DNA of 35,123 nucleotides, from positions 1 through 35,123 of the forward strand of contig JAEEOC010000005.1 of assembly GCA_016284035.1 (NCBI GenBank), read 5' to 3'. Source of the DNA: Dehalococcoidales bacterium (GTDB lineage: Bacteria; Chloroflexota; Dehalococcoidia; Dehalococcoidales; UBA1222). Both the position numbers and the translations under genes were made by a program. Below the pieces are notes generated by a model. That model did not search any database, was not told the DNA's origin, and was given only the letters and a program-made list of their open reading frames with translations. This document shows positions 25,763-35,123 of the stretch, one piece after another; position 1 is the first letter of the stretch, and every line of letters begins with the position of its first letter.

Positions 25763-26962
25763 ATGATCCAATTCGATACAATTGAAGAAGCACTTGAAGA
25801 TCTGAAAAAAGGAAAGATAATCCTGGTTACTGACGATCCAGACCGTGAGAACGAAGGAGACTTCATCTGTGCGGCTGAGTTTGCCACCACTGCCAACATC
25901 AATTTCATGGCCAGTTACGGCAAGGGTCTCATCTGTATGCCCATGTCGGCTGAATATGTCAGGAAACTGCGTATCCCCCAGATGGTCCAGCAGAATACGG
26001 ATAACCATGAGACCGCTTTCACTGTTTCTATCGACCATGTTTCAACTTCCACCGGTATCTCAGCGGCTGAACGTTCTGTGACAGCGATGGCCTGTGTATC
26101 AGACGATGCCAAGCCTGATGATTTCCGACGTCCCGGTCACATGTTCCCGCTCCTTGCTAAACGCAACGGCGTCCTTGAAAGGAACGGTCATACCGAAGCA
26201 ACAGTCGATCTTTGCCGGCTTGCCGGTCTCAAGGAATGCGGCCTTTGCTGTGAGATCATGCGGGAAGACGGCACCATGATGCGCACTCCCGAACTGTATG
26301 AACTGGCCAAACAGTGGGATATGAAGTTCATCACCATCAAGGATCTGCAGACTTACCGCAAATACCACGATAAGCTTGTCGATCTGGTCACCAGTGTCAG
26401 TATGCCCACCAAATACGGTGAGTTCAGAGCCTACGGTTTTGTGAACAGACTCAACGGCGAACATCATGTGGCTCTCGTCAAAGGCGATATCGGAGATGGC
26501 AGGGATGTCTTATGCCGGGTTCATTCCGAGTGCCTTACCGGTGACACTTTCGGATCTCTCCGCTGCGACTGCGGACAGCAGTTTGCATCGGCCATGACCC
26601 AGATCGAACATGAAGGACGCGGTGTGCTCCTTTACATGCGTCAGGAAGGTCGCGGCATCGGTCTCATCAATAAGCTCAGAGCTTACGAACTGCAGGAACA
26701 GGGCATGGATACCGTCGATGCCAATATCGCACTGGGTTTCAGGAGCGATGAACGCGAATACTTCATCGGTGCTCAGATCCTGCGCGAACTGGGCGTAAAG
26801 AGCATGAGGATACTTACCAACAATCCCGACAAGGTCTATCAGCTCAAGGAATTTGGTTTGGAGATCACGGAGAGGGTCCCCATCCAGATGTCTGCCACTG
26901 ATTATGATGTCAATTATCTCAAGACCAAACAGGTCCGTATGGGTCACATCCTGGATATCTAG
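25763..26962 (+). CDS. ribBA: Bifunctional DHBP synthase / GTP cyclohydrolase II
   Basis: [51 protein letters not shown]. Confidence 0.97.
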   Translation: MIQFDTIEEALEDLKKGKIILVTDDPDRENEGDFICAAEFATTANINFMASYGKGLICMPMSAEYVRKLRIPQMVQQNTDNHETAFTVSIDHVSTSTGISAAERSVTAMACVSDDAKPDDFRRPGHMFPLLAKRNGVLERNGHTEATVDLCRLAGLKECGLCCEIMREDGTMMRTPELYELAKQWDMKFITIKDLQTYRKYHDKLVDLVTSVSMPTKYGEFRAYGFVNRLNGEHHVALVKGDIGDGRDVLCRVHSECLTGDTFGSLRCDCGQQFASAMTQIEHEGRGVLLYMRQEGRGIGLINKLRAYELQEQGMDTVDANIALGFRSDEREYFIGAQILRELGVKSMRILTNNPDKVYQLKEFGLEITERVPIQMSATDYDVNYLKTKQVRMGHILDI

Positions 26963-26994
26963 TAAATATATATAAATGTAGAGAGGTAAAAACT

Positions 26995-27462
26995 ATGAGG
27001 ACATTTGAAGGAAAACAGGTTTCAAGAGATATCAAGATCGGTATCGTTGCTTCGAGATTCAACGAATTCATCACTGCCAAGCTCCTGAGCGGAGCCATCG
27101 ATGGTCTTGTACGACATGACGTCAATGAAGACGATATCTCTGTCGCATGGGTCCCCGGTGCATTCGAGATCCCTGTCATCGCCCAGAAGATGGCTAAGAG
27201 CGGCAACTATGATGCCATTATCTGTCTCGGTGCCGTCATCCGCGGTTCCACGAGCCATTATGATTATGTCTGCAGCGAAGTATCAAAGGGTATTGCCAGC
27301 GTTTCGCTCAAATATGGTCTTCCTGTGATGTTCGGCGTACTCACCACTGACAGCATCGAACAGGCGATCGAACGGGCAGGTACCAAGGCCGGCAATAAAG
27401 GTTATGATTGTGCCATCAACGCTATCGAGATGGTCAATCTTATGAATGCGCTCGATCGGTAA
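26995..27462 (+). CDS. ribH: 6,7-dimethyl-8-ribityllumazine synthase
   Basis: [39 protein letters not shown]. Confidence 0.97.
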   Translation: MRTFEGKQVSRDIKIGIVASRFNEFITAKLLSGAIDGLVRHDVNEDDISVAWVPGAFEIPVIAQKMAKSGNYDAIICLGAVIRGSTSHYDYVCSEVSKGIASVSLKYGLPVMFGVLTTDSIEQAIERAGTKAGNKGYDCAINAIEMVNLMNALDR

Positions 27463-27513
27463 TATGTCATCCACCTTTGGTGTTTTGCTATAGGTTTTGA
27501 TAGACTTAATATA

Positions 27514-29160
27514 ATGTCGATTGGGAAAGCAGGTGATTACTCCATGTCCTGTAAAAAGATCACGCTGGTAATCCTTTCAGTCTTAATTATAGCAAGTCTG
27601 GGAATTACTTCCTGTAAGGATAATAAGAAAGATAAAGAGATTAGGGTCCATTTGACAGACAATGTGGTGTCATTGGACTCGGGTCTTGCTGAAGATGATA
27701 TATCTCATGAGATCATCGCCGGTTTTACGGACGGGCTGATGCAGCTCGATCATGACGGCAATGCTGTTTGTGCGCTTGCCGAATCATATGAAGTCGACGA
27801 AGATGATCTTGTTTACACTTTCAAACTGCGCAATGCCAAATGGAGCAATGGCGACAAGGTCACTGCTGATGATTTCGTTTATGCTCTAAGAAGATTGGCT
27901 GACCCGGCATTTGATTCCAATTGCTCTTATCTGTTGTCTGATGTCGCCAGGATCAAGAACGCAAGGGACATCATCGCAGGAAAGAAGGCGGTCTCAGAGC
28001 TGGGTGTCAGTGCCAAAAACGACAGGACACTTGTGATCGAGCTTGAGAGCAGCTGTCAGTATCTGTTGAGTCTCCTGACTTATCCGGCTTTTTATCCTGT
28101 TAACGAAAAGTTCTGCGAGGGATGCGGCGACAGATATGCCACATCTTATGATAATGTCCTTTCATGCGGTGCATTCGTAATCGACAGCAATTATTCTCCT
28201 TTAGGTGATTCGTTCTCGATGTCCAGAAACACCGAATACTGGGATAACGATAATGTATCTGTTGATAAGATCTCTTATCGGATCATCAAAGACAGTGATG
28301 AAGCATTGAATGAATACAGAAACGGTGCCTTGGACCTGGTTTTCCTTTCCGATTCCCAGATCGATCAGTATAAGGATAACGAAGAATTCTTCAGCCTTGA
28401 TTCAGGAACCCTTTGGTATGTTTCTATGAACGTCTTACAGAATGTGTTCCTGCAGAATCTTGATATGCGTAAAGCCCTGGCAGCTGCGATCGATCGTGAA
28501 TTGCTTTGCCGCGACGTCGTCAAAGGCGGACTTGCCGCTTATTACTCTGTCCCTGAGGGTATTGCTTTCGGCCCTACCGGAAACGATTTCACCACAGACT
28601 GCCCCAAGTGGAATTACGGTGTCTTTGCAGAGGCAGAAGCTTATCTGACAAAAGCTAAACAGGAATTGGGAATGCAGACCTTTGTGATCAGTCTGCTTGT
28701 TGAAGATGATCCTGAGGTTAGGGAGGTCGCATCGTTTATTGAATCCTGCTGGGATAAGCTCAACGGAGTCGATTGTTCCTTGGTCGTAAAGACCGAAGAT
28801 GAAGTGTCAGCATCTCTGATGGCACATGATTTCGTGGTGTGCCTTACTAAACAAGATGCCGATTATCCCGATGCTTTATCTTTCCTGGATATGTTCAGGA
28901 CGGCTTCTGAATTCAATTTCGGACAGTGGTCTAGTGATATGTACGATTCCGTCATTGCCAGTGTGACTATGGGAGATCTTTCTCATTCGTTCAACAAACG
29001 CTGGATGGGCCTTCTCAAAGCTGAGAAGATGGTCATGGAAGACATGGTAATGATCCCGGTCTACCAGCCTTACGACGGCATACTCCTGAAGAAATCCGTC
29101 AAAGGCGTTGATTTCCATTCGGTATCGGCACCGCGTATCTTTAAACACGTTACGTTCTGA
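27514..29160 (+). CDS. OppA-like peptide ABC substrate-binding lipoprotein (family 5)
   Basis: Lipobox ITSC, YTFKLRNAKWSNGDKVTADDFVYA, RKALAAAIDR; alternative start near 27544 (MSCKK). Confidence 0.88.
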   Translation: MSIGKAGDYSMSCKKITLVILSVLIIASLGITSCKDNKKDKEIRVHLTDNVVSLDSGLAEDDISHEIIAGFTDGLMQLDHDGNAVCALAESYEVDEDDLVYTFKLRNAKWSNGDKVTADDFVYALRRLADPAFDSNCSYLLSDVARIKNARDIIAGKKAVSELGVSAKNDRTLVIELESSCQYLLSLLTYPAFYPVNEKFCEGCGDRYATSYDNVLSCGAFVIDSNYSPLGDSFSMSRNTEYWDNDNVSVDKISYRIIKDSDEALNEYRNGALDLVFLSDSQIDQYKDNEEFFSLDSGTLWYVSMNVLQNVFLQNLDMRKALAAAIDRELLCRDVVKGGLAAYYSVPEGIAFGPTGNDFTTDCPKWNYGVFAEAEAYLTKAKQELGMQTFVISLLVEDDPEVREVASFIESCWDKLNGVDCSLVVKTEDEVSASLMAHDFVVCLTKQDADYPDALSFLDMFRTASEFNFGQWSSDMYDSVIASVTMGDLSHSFNKRWMGLLKAEKMVMEDMVMIPVYQPYDGILLKKSVKGVDFHSVSAPRIFKHVTF

Positions 29161-29236
29161 TATTTTTTTTCGTAAAGTAGTACTCTTTCGGTATTGAATG
29201 CTAGACTATAAGTATCCAATACTACGGAGGATATTT

Positions 29237-29557
29237 ATGAGATATTGTGAGAATTGCGGAAAAGAAGTCCTTGATTCTGCAGTGGTCTGCGTTAACTGCG
29301 GTGCTTCCCTGAAGAGCAATACGAGTTCCAGCCTGAACGGCGAGATCAAGAACAACAAGCTCTATATGCTTCTCTTCTCGATCTTCTTGGGCGAACTTGG
29401 TATCGACCGATTCCTGCTGGGTTATACCGGTCTTGGCGTTTTGAAGCTCCTTACCGCCGGCGGTTTCGGCATCTGGTGGATCATCGATGTCGTCCTGATC
29501 GCTACCGGCAGCCTTGGCCCTAAAGACGGCTCAGGCTATACCACCGAGCAGTTCTAG
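29237..29557 (+). CDS. Zinc-ribbon + TM2 domain membrane protein
   Basis: YCENCG...CVNCG, then LFSIFLGELGIDRFLLG...KLLTAGGFGIWWIID; start moved to ATG 29237 (GGAGG RBS). Confidence 0.88.
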   Translation: MRYCENCGKEVLDSAVVCVNCGASLKSNTSSSLNGEIKNNKLYMLLFSIFLGELGIDRFLLGYTGLGVLKLLTAGGFGIWWIIDVVLIATGSLGPKDGSGYTTEQF

Positions 29558-29592
29558 TCTCAGTTTAGTATCGACCAAGTGAGGAGGATAAC

Positions 29593-29943
29593 ATGCCTGG
29601 ATATGATTACGATATCAACATTGCCCCGTTCATTATCGTAGCTATCGTCATTGCTGTGATACTTCTGATTGCCTTGGGTGTGGGCATATATTTCCTGGTC
29701 AAGGCAATATCCAAGGATTCATCCGGTAAAGTCGTAAAACAGCGTATCATCTGCCGTCAGTGTGGTTCTGTGATCGAGGAAGGCGTCAGGTTCTGTGCTG
29801 CCTGTGGCGGCGATGCTTCCAATTCATTCACTCAGAATCCTGCGGATTCCGGTACCGGCACCAAGAAGGTCTGCATGCATTGCGGATCGGAGATCAGCGG
29901 CGGTGCCAGATTCTGCAAGTACTGCGGAAAAGAACAGCCTTAA
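29593..29943 (+). CDS. Single-pass membrane protein with two zinc ribbons
   Basis: N-terminal TM helix; CRQC...CAAC and CMHC...CKYC; GAGGAGG RBS. Confidence 0.85.
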   Translation: MPGYDYDINIAPFIIVAIVIAVILLIALGVGIYFLVKAISKDSSGKVVKQRIICRQCGSVIEEGVRFCAACGGDASNSFTQNPADSGTGTKKVCMHCGSEISGGARFCKYCGKEQP

Positions 29944-29964
29944 TTAAACTGTCTGTCCAATCTG

Positions 29965-29997
29965 AAGCGGGCCGATCATCTTCGGTCCGCTTTTTTT
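29965..29997 (+). terminator. Intrinsic terminator
   Basis: AAGCGGGCCGA-TCATCT-TCGGTCCGCTT followed by a T run. Confidence 0.8.
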
Positions 29998-30055
29998 ATG
30001 AAACGATCGGCAACTTTTTTACGTTCTTTAAACGTGATAAACTCACATTTACATT

Positions 30056-30874
30056 ATGTATAAGTTATATATAGTAGGAACACCCATCGGTAATCTGGAA
30101 GACATGACTATGAGGGCCGTCCGTATCCTCAAAGAGGTCTCATTGATCGCGGCTGAAGATACCCGCAATACATCCCATCTTTTAAAGCATTTTGAGATCA
30201 AGACTCCGACGGTGAGTTTCCATGAATACAGCGATGAAAAGAAAGTCGAATTCCTGCTCTCCAAACTGGAAGCAGGGGATGTGGCCATCGTTACTGATGC
30301 CGGCATGCCCTGCATATCCGATCCCGGTTATGAACTCATAAAGGCGGCGTCGGACAGGGGAGTGAAAGTCGAAGTGATCCCGGGCCCTTCGGCATCCACT
30401 GCGGCCGTTGCTCTTTCGGCTCTGTCCTGTGAGCATTTCACTTTCATCGGATTCCTTCCCAGAAAACAGTCGGACAGGCTTAAGATCCTTAATGAAGTGA
30501 AGCACTATCCTCATCCGTTGGTCTTCTATGAAGCACCTCATCGCCTAAATAAGACTATACGTGATATAATATCCGTTCTAGGAGATCGCAAGGTCTCGGT
30601 TTCCCGTGAGATGACCAAGATCTACGAGGAGACTTACCGAGGGACACTGAGTTCCGCTGATGCCTATTTCAGTGATCCCAGGGGTGAGTTTGCATTCGTG
30701 GTCGATGGCTGGGATGCCGGTTCCGAAAGGTCTTTTGGAGATATTGATGCATTGATCAAAGATGCTCAATCGTCCGGCAGGAGTTTCAAAGATTCCTGTC
30801 AGGATCTGATAGATGCGACCGGGATGTCCCGTCGCGATATCTATAAAAAGTGGTTGTCAATTGAAAAGGAGTAG
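30056..30874 (+). CDS. rsmI: 16S rRNA (cytidine1402-2'-O)-methyltransferase
   Basis: LYIVGTPIGNLEDMT, AEDTR, DAGMPCISDPG, FYEAPHR, REMTKIYEE. Confidence 0.96.
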   Translation: MYKLYIVGTPIGNLEDMTMRAVRILKEVSLIAAEDTRNTSHLLKHFEIKTPTVSFHEYSDEKKVEFLLSKLEAGDVAIVTDAGMPCISDPGYELIKAASDRGVKVEVIPGPSASTAAVALSALSCEHFTFIGFLPRKQSDRLKILNEVKHYPHPLVFYEAPHRLNKTIRDIISVLGDRKVSVSREMTKIYEETYRGTLSSADAYFSDPRGEFAFVVDGWDAGSERSFGDIDALIKDAQSSGRSFKDSCQDLIDATGMSRRDIYKKWLSIEKE

Positions 30875-30880
30875 TTAAAT

Positions 30881-31111
30881 ATGCGACGAGGTTGTATCAC
30901 ACAGAGCCTGCTTATCTGTTCAAAATGCGGCGGCGAGATCGTCGTCCCGTCCCGTTACCTGGTTGTCGATGAAGACGAGAAGGGCAACGAAGTTGAGGAA
31001 GGCGGCAAATCCGTAATCTATTGTATCGACTGTGCACTTGAAAAAGGTTATGCACACTATCGTGAGAGCAAGGGCGAAAGGTTCCTTTCTTTCCTTCCCG
31101 ATTCCGAATAA
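30881..31111 (+). CDS. Small hypothetical protein with two CxxC pairs (76 aa)
   Basis: AAGGAG RBS; CSKC...CIDC; fills the gap between rsmI and metG. Confidence 0.75.
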   Translation: MRRGCITQSLLICSKCGGEIVVPSRYLVVDEDEKGNEVEEGGKSVIYCIDCALEKGYAHYRESKGERFLSFLPDSE

Positions 31112-31133
31112 TTAAGTTCATCCAGGAGACGAT

Positions 31134-32801
31134 ATGTCTGAAAGAATTTTCATCGGTGTTGCCTGGCCTTATGCCAACAGCAATCTCCATTTAGGTCATG
31201 TCGCAGGCGCATATCTGCCTGCTGATATCTTTGCCCGTTACAACCGAATGATCGGCAACGAGGTTCTGATGGTTTCAGGTTCAGACCGCCACGGTACTCC
31301 TGTGACGATCAGTGCGGAAAAGGAGAATACCACTCCTGAAAAGGTCGCCCAGAAATATCATGATTCGTTCTGCCGCTCATGGGAGCAGCTCAATATCTCA
31401 TGGGACCTCTTCACTTCCACTGAGACCGAGAATCATAAGAAAGTCTCCCAGGACATCTTCCTGAAACTCCTGGATAAAGGCTATATCTATAAGGATTCCG
31501 TCAAACAGTTCTACTGTGAATCCTGCAAACGATACCTTCCTGACCGCTATGTCGAGGGCACATGTCCTCTCTGCGGTGCAGCCGGTGCCCGCGGCGATCA
31601 GTGTGATGTCTGCGGCAAGCCTCTGAACAGCATCGAACTGAAGGATCCGAAGTGTAAGATCTGCTCTTCTACTCCTGTCATCAAGAGCTCAGATCATTTC
31701 TTCTTGAAACTCAGCGCTTTCCAGGACGATCTCATCAAATGGATCGATTCCGTCAACGGAAAGTGGCGACTCAACGTCCAGCGATTCACCAAGAACTACC
31801 TCGAGGGCGGTCTCAAGGACCGTGCCATCACCCGTGATCTGGACTGGGGCATCCCTCTTCCCATCGAGGGATATGAAGGAAAGTGTCTCTATGTCTGGTT
31901 CGAGGCCGTCATCGGTTACCTTTCTGCCAGTATCGAATGGGCTGAGAAGAAGGGCGACAAAGATGCCTGGAAGCCGTTCTGGCTGGACAAGGATACTAAG
32001 TCTTATTACTTCATCGGCAAGGACAACATTCCTTTCCATACCATCATCTGGCCTGCCATGCTCATGGGCTACGGCGATCTCATCCTTCCATATGATGTAC
32101 CTGCCAACGAGTTCCTGACCATCGAGAGTCAGAAGCTCTCCAAGAGCCGCAACCTGGCAGTCTGGGTCTATGATTACTTTGAACGATATGCAGCCGATCC
32201 TCTGCGATTTCTCTTATCCATCAATATGCCTGAGACCGGTGATGCCGATTTCTCATGGCGAGAACTCGTCCGACGTAATAATGATGAACTGGTCGCGACC
32301 TACGGCAACCTCTGCCAGCGCGTCCTGACATTCACATTCAAGAAGTTCGACGGCAAGGTCCCGCCCAAAGGCGATCTTGATGAGGCCAGTGTCGCTCTTA
32401 TGAAACAATCCGAAGACACTCTTCAGAAAGTCGGGGAATTATTATCGACCTGTCATTTCAAGGATGCCATCCGGGAAGCAATGGAACTGGCACATTCCGC
32501 CAACCGTTATCTCGACGATGCCGCTCCCTGGAAGACCATCAAGGAAGACGAAACAAAAGCCGCTTCTTCCTTATATACAGTCATTGCAGTCATCTCTGCA
32601 TTGAAGACCATGCTCTATCCTTTCCTTCCTGACAGTTCCCAGAAGCTCCACGGTTTCCTCGGTTTCGATGGAAACGTTGCTGATTCCGGTTGGAAGATAG
32701 TCATTCCTGAAGAAGGACAGCAGTTGCGAGAACCCAGCATCCTGTTCACCAAGCTTGATGAGTCCATCATCGAGGAAGAACAGGCCCGAATGGGTATCTA
32801 G
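31134..32801 (+). CDS. metG: Methionine--tRNA ligase (short form without C-terminal tRNA-binding domain)
   Basis: AWPYAN..LHLGH, four CxxC pairs, YVWFEA, GKDNIPFH, KLSKS. Confidence 0.97.
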   Translation: MSERIFIGVAWPYANSNLHLGHVAGAYLPADIFARYNRMIGNEVLMVSGSDRHGTPVTISAEKENTTPEKVAQKYHDSFCRSWEQLNISWDLFTSTETENHKKVSQDIFLKLLDKGYIYKDSVKQFYCESCKRYLPDRYVEGTCPLCGAAGARGDQCDVCGKPLNSIELKDPKCKICSSTPVIKSSDHFFLKLSAFQDDLIKWIDSVNGKWRLNVQRFTKNYLEGGLKDRAITRDLDWGIPLPIEGYEGKCLYVWFEAVIGYLSASIEWAEKKGDKDAWKPFWLDKDTKSYYFIGKDNIPFHTIIWPAMLMGYGDLILPYDVPANEFLTIESQKLSKSRNLAVWVYDYFERYAADPLRFLLSINMPETGDADFSWRELVRRNNDELVATYGNLCQRVLTFTFKKFDGKVPPKGDLDEASVALMKQSEDTLQKVGELLSTCHFKDAIREAMELAHSANRYLDDAAPWKTIKEDETKAASSLYTVIAVISALKTMLYPFLPDSSQKLHGFLGFDGNVADSGWKIVIPEEGQQLREPSILFTKLDESIIEEEQARMGI

Positions 32802-32810
32802 GAGATAAGG

Positions 32811-33779
32811 ATGGATTTCAAGGAAGTATTGGATTTCATCAAAGGCGATCTTGATACCGTTACCGATGGCTTCAGGGAGATCGTCGATTCCAAGAAAGAG
32901 TTTCCCGAGATGCAGAAGATGCTCTCGATGGTGCTCCTCGGCGGCAAGATGGTCCGACCGACACTTGTCTTCCTCTGCGGAAGGCTCTTCAACGGCGACA
33001 TCGAGTTATTGAAGAAGATGGCTCTTTCTGCCGAGACCATGCACATTGCGACTCTCGTTCATGACGATGCCATCGATTCGGCTGATCTGAGGCGCGGACA
33101 TCCTACCATCAACTCGGTCTACGGTGTCGATCTGGCGATCCTCCTGGGAGATTATCTCTTCTCCAGGGCAGGTCATTTCGTAGCCGATACCGATAATATG
33201 CGTGCCATGAAACTCTTCACCAAGACTCTCGGAATCATCTCCCGCGGTGAGATAAAACAGGCCGTATCATCTTTTGTTTTGAATCAGAATTATGATCAGT
33301 ATATCGAGCGTATGGCCGGCAAGACTTCAGCTCTCTTCCAGATGTCCACACAATCCGGAGCGATACTTGCCAACGCACCTGAAGCAGCCATACAGGCCCT
33401 CGACAGGTTCGGATATAATCTTGGTCTGGCTTTCCAGATCGTGGACGATATCCTTGATTACACCGGCAATTCCAAAGATGTGGGAAAACCCGTTGGCGCC
33501 GACCTTCGTGAAGGCACGCTGACTCTTCCGGCTGCAAAACTCATGAAGATGTATCCTGGTGATAATCCTGTCATCGAGGTATTCAATCACAGGAATGTTG
33601 AAGAGAATATCAAGAAGACCATCGAGATGATCAAACAGACCAATATCATCGAAGAGTGCTATGAAGAAGCCGAGAAGTATTACAAACTGGCCTGCGACGA
33701 TCTCGCAGGACTTCCCGATAACCAGTACCGCGACTGTCTTTATGCTCTCGCAGGCTACGTCATCGAACGCCATTCATAA
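32811..33779 (+). CDS. Trans-polyprenyl diphosphate synthase (HepT/IspB-like)
   Basis: GGKMVRP, LVHDDAID....RRG, KTS, FQIVDDILD, GKPVGADL. Confidence 0.93.
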   Translation: MDFKEVLDFIKGDLDTVTDGFREIVDSKKEFPEMQKMLSMVLLGGKMVRPTLVFLCGRLFNGDIELLKKMALSAETMHIATLVHDDAIDSADLRRGHPTINSVYGVDLAILLGDYLFSRAGHFVADTDNMRAMKLFTKTLGIISRGEIKQAVSSFVLNQNYDQYIERMAGKTSALFQMSTQSGAILANAPEAAIQALDRFGYNLGLAFQIVDDILDYTGNSKDVGKPVGADLREGTLTLPAAKLMKMYPGDNPVIEVFNHRNVEENIKKTIEMIKQTNIIEECYEEAEKYYKLACDDLAGLPDNQYRDCLYALAGYVIERHS

Positions 33780-33797
33780 TTTAAAGCTACGGATAAT

Positions 33798-33831
33798 AAA
33801 AAAGGTGAAACATCAGTTTCACCTTTTTTTT
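33798..33831. terminator. Bidirectional intrinsic terminator
   Basis: AAAAAAGGTGAAA-CATCAG-TTTCACCTTTTTTTT between convergent genes. Confidence 0.85.
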
Positions 33832-33848
33832 GTTTCACTTATCGGATG

Positions 33849-35123
33849 CTATTCGGCAGGAGTTTCGGTCTCGTCTTTGGGAGTTTTAGATTCGGCGGCA
33901 GGGGCTTCATCTTTGGGCTCTTCTGCCTTAGGACCGTCAGTGATGCCGAATTCGTTTTTGATCTCTTCGATCTCTTTCTCGAGAAGCTTCATGTTCTCGG
34001 GCATCTCGACTCCCAGGACCTTGTAAAGCTCTTCGCCTTCGAGGGTCTCATATTCGAGGAGACCTTCAGCCAGCTTATCCAGAAGATCGCGATGTTCGGT
34101 CAATGTCTTGACGGCAGATTCGTAACCTTCGGTAACGATACGTTTGACTTCTGCATCGATGGCATTGGCTGTCTCTTCACCGTAGTCTCTCTGTTCGGAG
34201 ATCTCACGGCCCAGGAAGACCATGTCGTCATGTTTGCCGAAAGATCTGGGACCCAGGAGCTTGCTCATACCGTATTCGGTGACCATGGATACGGCGATCT
34301 CGGTTGCCTTCTTGATATCGGATGAAGCGCCGGTGGAGATCTCGTTGAAGACCAGTTCTTCGGCTACTCGTCCGCCCATGGCCATGGCGATGCTGTCCTG
34401 GAGCTGTTCGAGAGTATTTACATCTTTATCCTCTGAGAGCGGCTTGGTGTAACCGAGAGCCATGCCTCTGGGAATGACGGTCACTTTTCTGGGGTTATCG
34501 GCATGAGGAAGGATGAGTGCCACGATGGCATGTCCTGCCTCATGATAGGCGGTGACTTTCTTTTCTTTATCGGTAACTTTATGGCTCTTTCGTTCCGGAC
34601 CGAAGAGGACGCGGTCGATGGATTCTTCGATCTCGGGCATGCCGATGAGAGACTTGTTCCTGCGGGCGGCCAGGATGGCGGCTTCGTTCAGGAGGTTCTG
34701 CAGATCGGCACCGGAGAAACCGGATGTAAGCTTAGCAATGATATTGAAATTGATGTTACTTTCAAGAGGCTTGTCTTTGGCGTGGACTTTGAGGATAGCT
34801 TCTCGTCCTTTGACATCAGGTCGTCCCAGGATGACTCGTCGGTCGAATCGGCCTGGACGCATGAGTGCGGGATCGAGGATGTCAGGTCGGTTGGTCGCAG
34901 CCATGACGATGATGCTCTGGTCAGTCTCAAAACCATCCATCTCGACGAGGATCTGGTTGAGTGTCTGTTCACGTTCATCGTGTCCGCCGCCGAGACCTGC
35001 TCCTCGCTGTCGGCCGACAGCATCGATCTCATCGATGAAGATGATACAGGGAGCTGCTTTCTTAGCTTCTCCGAAAAGGTCACGGACTCGGGATGCACCG
35101 ACACCGACGAACATCTCGACGAA
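33849..35123 (-). CDS. ftsH: ATP-dependent zinc metalloprotease FtsH (5' part beyond the window)
   Basis: Frame open to the edge ([17 protein letters not shown]), [36 protein letters not shown]. Confidence 0.97.
   Translation of the reverse strand, partial: FVEMFVGVGASRVRDLFGEAKKAAPCIIFIDEIDAVGRQRGAGLGGGHDEREQTLNQILVEMDGFETDQSIIVMAATNRPDILDPALMRPGRFDRRVILGRPDVKGREAILKVHAKDKPLESNINFNIIAKLTSGFSGADLQNLLNEAAILAARRNKSLIGMPEIEESIDRVLFGPERKSHKVTDKEKKVTAYHEAGHAIVALILPHADNPRKVTVIPRGMALGYTKPLSEDKDVNTLEQLQDSIAMAMGGRVAEELVFNEISTGASSDIKKATEIAVSMVTEYGMSKLLGPRSFGKHDDMVFLGREISEQRDYGEETANAIDAEVKRIVTEGYESAVKTLTEHRDLLDKLAEGLLEYETLEGEELYKVLGVEMPENMKLLEKEIEEIKNEFGITDGPKAEEPKDEAPAAESKTPKDETETPAE

Noticed and set aside
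1-35123. CRISPR array, IS element or prophage
   Set aside because: No regularly spaced repeats, transposase, integrase or phage structural genes recognised.

Overview
Bacterial chromosomal window, probably from a Dehalococcoidia/Chloroflexota-type anaerobe (inferred from the short EF-Ts, the USP-TrkA-TrkA block and the small SWIM protein). Housekeeping blocks lie at both ends: rpsB-tsf-pyrH-frr-uppS-cdsA-dxr-rseP-ispG, dtd and folC on the left; rsmI, metG, a polyprenyl synthase and partial ftsH on the right. The middle (~12.5-30 kb) is a patchwork: heterodimeric ABC exporter, cysK, tRNA-Thr(CGT), a GNAT, a FecCD/Btu-type ABC importer, an FMN-riboswitch-controlled rib operon, a lone OppA and two zinc-ribbon membrane proteins. 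The most unusual element is a minus-strand three-part locus at 16564-18624: sigma70-like promoter -> 185-aa protein with an MGLFDKLFG N-terminus -> ~134-nt predicted structured RNA (15-nt terminal inverted repeat, three hairpins, a 7-bp pseudoknot, U-tract) -> 411-aa group II-like reverse transcriptase (YSDD, with GIMAG in place of GxPQG). It lacks the hallmarks of a group II intron, DGR, canonical retron or CRISPR-RT, so it is a candidate uncharacterised RT + ncRNA + partner system. All calls come from motif reading by eye; no searches or folding were run.
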